A stretch of DNA of 63,016 bases, the filler included, from NCBI RefSeq assembly GCF_002087085.1. It is 3 parts of 3 records of this genome, joined end to end, with 100 filler letters (N's around TTAATTAATTAA, not from the genome) between each part and the next. Parts side by side here need not be neighbours in the genome. Positions count along the whole stretch, not along the records: positions 57,442 to 63,016 come from NZ_MWQY01000041.1; 2 more parts are not named here. One strand, given 5' to 3'. Both the position numbers and the translations under genes were made by a program. Each line of letters starts with the position of its first letter. Positions within the stretch are counted from its first letter, which is position 1. A model generated the notes under the pieces. That model searched no databases. It was given only the letters and a program-made list of their open reading frames with translations, and was not told the origin of the DNA. This document shows, piece by piece, positions 59,412-63,016 of the stretch.

Positions 59412-59708
59412 TTACGACGCTTTCTGAATACTTAGCTTTAAACCAAGCGCAAGAAGAACAGCATTTAAGGTACGGATAGTGGGATTGCCTGTTTCTGATA
59501 AAGAACGATAAAGGTGCTGACGATTTAATTCAGTTTTTTCAGCGAGAATAGTCATGCCGCCTTGAGCATCGACAACTGTACGTATGGCCTTAAGAAAAGC
59601 AGACAGATTGCCATCGTGTTCATATTCTTCTAATGCTGCTTCCAGGTAGAGCGAAGATTCGTTTGAGTCTTTTACAACATCTTTGACAAAGTTCCTATAT
59701 TCTCGCAT
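59412..59708 (-). CDS. Addiction module antidote protein (HigA-like HTH antitoxin)
   Basis: YLEAALEE, GGMTILAEKTELNRQHLYRSLSETGNPT; RBS before ATG 59708. Confidence 0.9.
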   Translation of the reverse strand: MREYRNFVKDVVKDSNESSLYLEAALEEYEHDGNLSAFLKAIRTVVDAQGGMTILAEKTELNRQHLYRSLSETGNPTIRTLNAVLLALGLKLSIQKAS

Positions 59709-59709
59709 C

Positions 59710-60042
59710 CTAATTCTCCCTTCTGTAAATATCCCAATACTGGCGTGCCTTCTTGATGTCCCTGTTCTGTGTACTTTTTGACCCGCCTGCAAGCAGCAGG
59801 ATAAGGCTTTTCTCTTCCATCCCAAAATAAACACGGTATCCAGGTCCGAAGGTAAACCGCAATTCAAAGAGATTATCGCCAAGCGATTTATAATTGCCCA
59901 GATTTCCTTGTTCAACTCGATCCAAACGAGTGAAGATACGTGCACGATCGGTTCCAGCAATACTGGAAACCCACTCAGCAAAAGGTTCCTTGCTATTTGT
60001 AGGATCCTGAAAGATAACAATTCTTATAGGCTGAGCAATCAT
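59710..60042 (-). CDS. Addiction module killer protein (HigB/RelE-like toxin)
   Basis: PFAEW, GNLGNYKSLGDNLFELRFTFGPGYRVYF, LLAGGSKSTQ.RDI. Confidence 0.92.
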   Translation of the reverse strand: MIAQPIRIVIFQDPTNSKEPFAEWVSSIAGTDRARIFTRLDRVEQGNLGNYKSLGDNLFELRFTFGPGYRVYFGMEEKSLILLLAGGSKSTQNRDIKKARQYWDIYRREN

Positions 60043-60047
60043 AGGAT

Positions 60048-60076
60048 AGTGTCGCACAAAAGCGACACTGCGTCAA
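60048..60076 (-). promoter_or_regulatory. TA promoter with palindromic operator
   Basis: AGTGTCGC-acaaaa-GCGACACT (60048-60069) just downstream of a minus-strand TTGACG. Confidence 0.7.
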
Positions 60077-60087
60077 GTAGAATACAA

Positions 60088-60112
60088 GAAGGACGGGCAA
60101 AGTCCGTCCTTC
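60088..60112. repeat. Repeat A hairpin variant
   Basis: GAAGGACGGGC-aaa-GTCCGTCCTTC, downstream of the second GxxExxY gene. Confidence 0.8.
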
Positions 60113-60146
60113 ATCATTTAAGTAACCGACTAAAAAGGGGGACGGC

Positions 60147-60530
60147 TCACCCGTCCCCGGTTTGCACAAATCTGCGCCACTCGACTTTGCTGTTGCGGAA
60201 GTTGATAAGATAGCCAACTGGAACCTTGGACAGACGGAGGTAATATATAAGCTGTGCCTCCATGGCGGATGTGAGCTGCCGTACTGATTTGAGTTCCAGT
60301 ATGATGCTGTTTGCAACAACAAGATCAGCGATGTAGGCACCTGCCAGTTCGCCCTTGTAGTAGAGGGGATAGATTTTTTCTGTACAGAAGGGAATACCCC
60401 GTTTTTTAAGTTCGATGACCAGGGCCCCATGATAGGCAGATTCCAGAAGCCCGGGACCACAAATGTTATGAACCGAAAAGACTGCTCCCAGCACCTGATG
60501 AGACAATTCCTTGAAAGCTATGTGTGCCAT
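60147..60530 (-). CDS. GxxExxY protein, copy 2
   Basis: GLLESAY motif, IADLVV, LELK, QLIYYL, GYLINF; GGGGACGG/CCGTCCCC terminator-like hairpin spans the stop. Confidence 0.93.
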   Translation of the reverse strand: MAHIAFKELSHQVLGAVFSVHNICGPGLLESAYHGALVIELKKRGIPFCTEKIYPLYYKGELAGAYIADLVVANSIILELKSVRQLTSAMEAQLIYYLRLSKVPVGYLINFRNSKVEWRRFVQTGDG

Positions 60531-60535
60531 ACTGC

Positions 60536-60615
60536 ACCTCCTGTTTTTCTTAACAAACACCAGCCAAGCGAGGAGCAGTCACAGGGCGAAGAGCGACAGC
60601 GTCCCTTGACGGCGA
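60536..60615 (-). repeat. Repeat B copy 2
   Basis: 77/80 identical to 58543-58622. Confidence 0.92.
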
Positions 60616-61007
60616 TGATGCCCCAGCGATTCGCCACAGGCGATATCGCAAGCCCAAGGTTTACGCAGTAAACCGCAGGGGGGAGGTATACTGGAAAGAA
60701 CAGGAGGAGGCGAAGAGGAAAACTAAACCGCTGATGAACGCTGATGATACTGGGTACAACGGAGAAGCGGTTCACTGATGTATATGGGGTCGGGCATAAC
60801 AGAGATATAGAAAAGAGGATTTCCCATCTGTTCTCTTTCTGTTACACTGTTTCAAATATGAAAAGTCTGGTTCCAGCACATACGCGACAGCAATCAGCGT
60901 ACCGCCTGCCTGCGCATACATGCACCATCAGCGGGGCCCCCCTGCCTTGCCCCATACCGATCAGTGGTTCAATAACTTCTCTAATCTGTGACAGAAATGA
61001 TCGTGAA

Positions 61008-62372
61008 AGCTACGATGCCAACGGGAATGTAACCCGTGAATCAACCCTGCCTGAAGGCCAGTCCTCCGCCCATGAAGCCCCGAACCTGAGCACCATCGGG
61101 GAGGTCCGCCGGGCCGACCAGGCCTTCGGCTTTATCAACGAAGTGGAAAGCGGAAACGAGAACGAGTACATCCGCAGCTTCAGCTGGGATGCGGAGAACC
61201 GCTTAAAGAGCGTCCTGACCTCCAACGGAAAGAGCGTGAAGTACCTCTACGACGCCGACGGCAAACGTACCACCAAGTACGCAGGGGACGGCTCCTACAC
61301 CGAAGGCATAAGCGGCGAGACCCTCTACTTAAACGAATGGTGGACCGAAACCGCCGACTCCGGCAGCTTCCGGCGGGCCAAGCACATCTACGTGGGAAAG
61401 GAGCGCATCGTAACGCGCTTAAGCAACCCTTCTACCGGAGGGACTCCCTATGAGGACGTCAACACCTATTATTACCACCCCGACCACCTGGGAAGCGCCC
61501 ACTGCATTACCGACCCGCAAGGAAACCCCTACGAGAGGATAGAGTATACCCCCTACGGTGAGATGTGGATCGAGATACAGGAAGATGAGGCTACAGCAAG
61601 TTATAACTACATACCTTTTAGGTTTACCGCAAAGGAATATGACGAGGAGACCGGGCTGTATTATTACGGGGCCAGGTATATGGATCCGAAGACGTCGAGG
61701 TGGATGAGTGGGGACCCTGCGGGGTACCAGTTGATGAATCCGATGGGACAAGACGGGAAGCCGAGACAGGGATACAGCATAGTTGAGGCGACGAACTGGT
61801 ATAGCTATGTGAGTAATAATCCGGTGAAGTATGTTGATCCGACGGGGATGGAGGGCGTAAGGGAAGAATTAGAAGATCCGTTTATGACGGATCGTATATT
61901 CGAAGAACAGTTTGAGGAATATAGGCAGGATGTTTATTCGCAAGTAAGAAAGAGAACTCCTGAAGAAGATGACCAGTTTTATAATGATGTGCAGCCAGCT
62001 CTTATTCTATATTCTGAAGGACAAATGGATGAATTACTTTCAGAACTTATTGGATTAGAACAAGATGTTGCGAATAAGCGGCTCGAGGTAATGGATTTAG
62101 TAAATGAATACTACCATAGCAATAAAAGAGTTAATGGCTTAGTTGAAGAAGGTATTATTACACCACTTATACCTGGCCCCACTGATAAAGCTGGCTATGA
62201 GGTTATAAATTTCATAATCCCTGAATATATTGATGAATTGACAAATGTATATTCACTTCCACGGAGGATTGATATTGCTATTAATGAATACAATTCTCTT
62301 TTCCAGACACGAGATTTTGTAAAAAAGGAACATATATCTCAATGTAAATTGAGGCAACAAATAAGGCAATAA
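61008..62372 (+). CDS. Orphan (5'-truncated) Rhs core + C-terminal toxin domain
   Basis: YD repeats (YDANGN, WDAENRL, YDADGKR), YYHPDHLGS, YYYGARYMDP, NNPVKYVDPTG; GC drops at CT start 61848; no convincing start or RBS. Confidence 0.88.
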   Translation, partial: SYDANGNVTRESTLPEGQSSAHEAPNLSTIGEVRRADQAFGFINEVESGNENEYIRSFSWDAENRLKSVLTSNGKSVKYLYDADGKRTTKYAGDGSYTEGISGETLYLNEWWTETADSGSFRRAKHIYVGKERIVTRLSNPSTGGTPYEDVNTYYYHPDHLGSAHCITDPQGNPYERIEYTPYGEMWIEIQEDEATASYNYIPFRFTAKEYDEETGLYYYGARYMDPKTSRWMSGDPAGYQLMNPMGQDGKPRQGYSIVEATNWYSYVSNNPVKYVDPTGMEGVREELEDPFMTDRIFEEQFEEYRQDVYSQVRKRTPEEDDQFYNDVQPALILYSEGQMDELLSELIGLEQDVANKRLEVMDLVNEYYHSNKRVNGLVEEGIITPLIPGPTDKAGYEVINFIIPEYIDELTNVYSLPRRIDIAINEYNSLFQTRDFVKKEHISQCKLRQQIRQ

Positions 62373-62373
62373 A

Positions 62374-62757
62374 ATGAAAAAAAATCTGATAATAGTATTA
62401 TTTCTACTAATAGCTTTCACATCGTGTTTAGATGCGTATACAGGAAATACTTCTGTTTTATGTCTTACAAATGATTATGAATACATAAGACTTGAAATTG
62501 ATTTTTCAATGGATGTTTCAAAAGCGCAAACTGATAATATTGAAAGTGATACCCTTGAAATGTTCATTGTTGATTATGTTAGTTCGAGTATTGAGATTTA
62601 TTTATTAGATATTATCTCAAATATTGAGTTTTCAGAGGTAGAATTGATGATAGATAATCAGCGCTTGAATGAAATGTTGCTAGACCACTTGAATTCTTTA
62701 CCTAGATTGAACGGAGATCCTGTAAGGTCTGTTTCCATAACGATTAGTAGTATGTAG
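62374..62757 (+). CDS. Putative immunity lipoprotein
   Basis: Starts 1 nt after the Rhs stop; AT-rich; lipoprotein signal MKKNLIIVLFLLIAFTSC. Confidence 0.75.
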   Translation: MKKNLIIVLFLLIAFTSCLDAYTGNTSVLCLTNDYEYIRLEIDFSMDVSKAQTDNIESDTLEMFIVDYVSSSIEIYLLDIISNIEFSEVELMIDNQRLNEMLLDHLNSLPRLNGDPVRSVSITISSM

Positions 62758-62823
62758 ATTGTCTGGTAAAGTCCGAGCAACAGAACGTAAGTTTATAGGA
62801 TGTACAGCAGTGGTGTTTGATCA

Positions 62824-62992
62824 CACCGAATGAGAAAGTTGAGCTGCGCTGTCTATTGAAAAAGGACAGCGTCAGTTCCAACGATTTGTTCGGGGCTCGT
62901 AGAGAAGCTTTGATGAGTATAAACAAGAACCGGCATGAAGGAAAAAAAGTAACTGAAAAAGTGTGATCATTGAAAAGTCAGAGAAGGAAGAA
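62824..62992 (-). repeat. Repeat C copy 2: attC-like site (62825-62894) plus 98-nt flank
   Basis: Same R''/L''/L'/R' boxes as copy 1, different apical loop; flank 96/98 identical. Confidence 0.85.
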
Positions 62993-63016
62993 GATTCGGG
63001 AGAAAGAAACGTCGAG

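Noticed and set aside
59412..60020. 202-aa extended antitoxin ORF
   Set aside because: Extension overlaps the toxin in another frame; real start with RBS at 59708
60744..61007. N-terminal extension of the Rhs ORF
   Set aside because: Translates repeat and hairpin DNA, no Rhs similarity or good RBS; low-level translation from ATG 60858 cannot be excluded
62744..62926. 60-aa ORF containing PNKSLELT
   Set aside because: Translation of the attC-like repeat, a common annotation artefact

Overview
Spirochaete-type chromosomal DNA (P83/100 antigen, fused pyrBI, CheX, cNMP-TPR/Crp pair; genus not determinable) in three contigs joined by artificial N/TTAATTAATTAA/N linkers at 29925-30024 and 57342-57441, so adjacency across them is unproven. 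Contig 1 (1-29924): outer-membrane protein, tex, M16C peptidase, cobalamin/Fe-type ABC importer, an IclR-eda-ROK-ppx-ppk1 run, then an AT-richer LacI/TRAP sugar-acid island and two HisKA_2 kinases, one cut by a probable IS end. Contig 2 (30025-57341): a near-canonical integron gene cassette (DUF262 + HEPN, attC at 30058-30158) with no integrase beside it, then core genes (ECF sigma, Crp, Mla, PBP1A, pyrBI, P83/100, ppdK, an RpoS-like sigma factor with a sigma54 promoter). Contig 3 (57442-63016) is the most unusual part: a repeating arrangement of [type II TA pair]-[hairpin, GxxExxY nuclease gene, near-identical 80-nt leader]-[variable cargo]-[attC-like repeat], with an orphan Rhs toxin/lipoprotein immunity pair as one cargo. 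No rRNA, tRNA or CRISPR array was seen. All calls come from reading sequence and translations by eye; no database searches were run.
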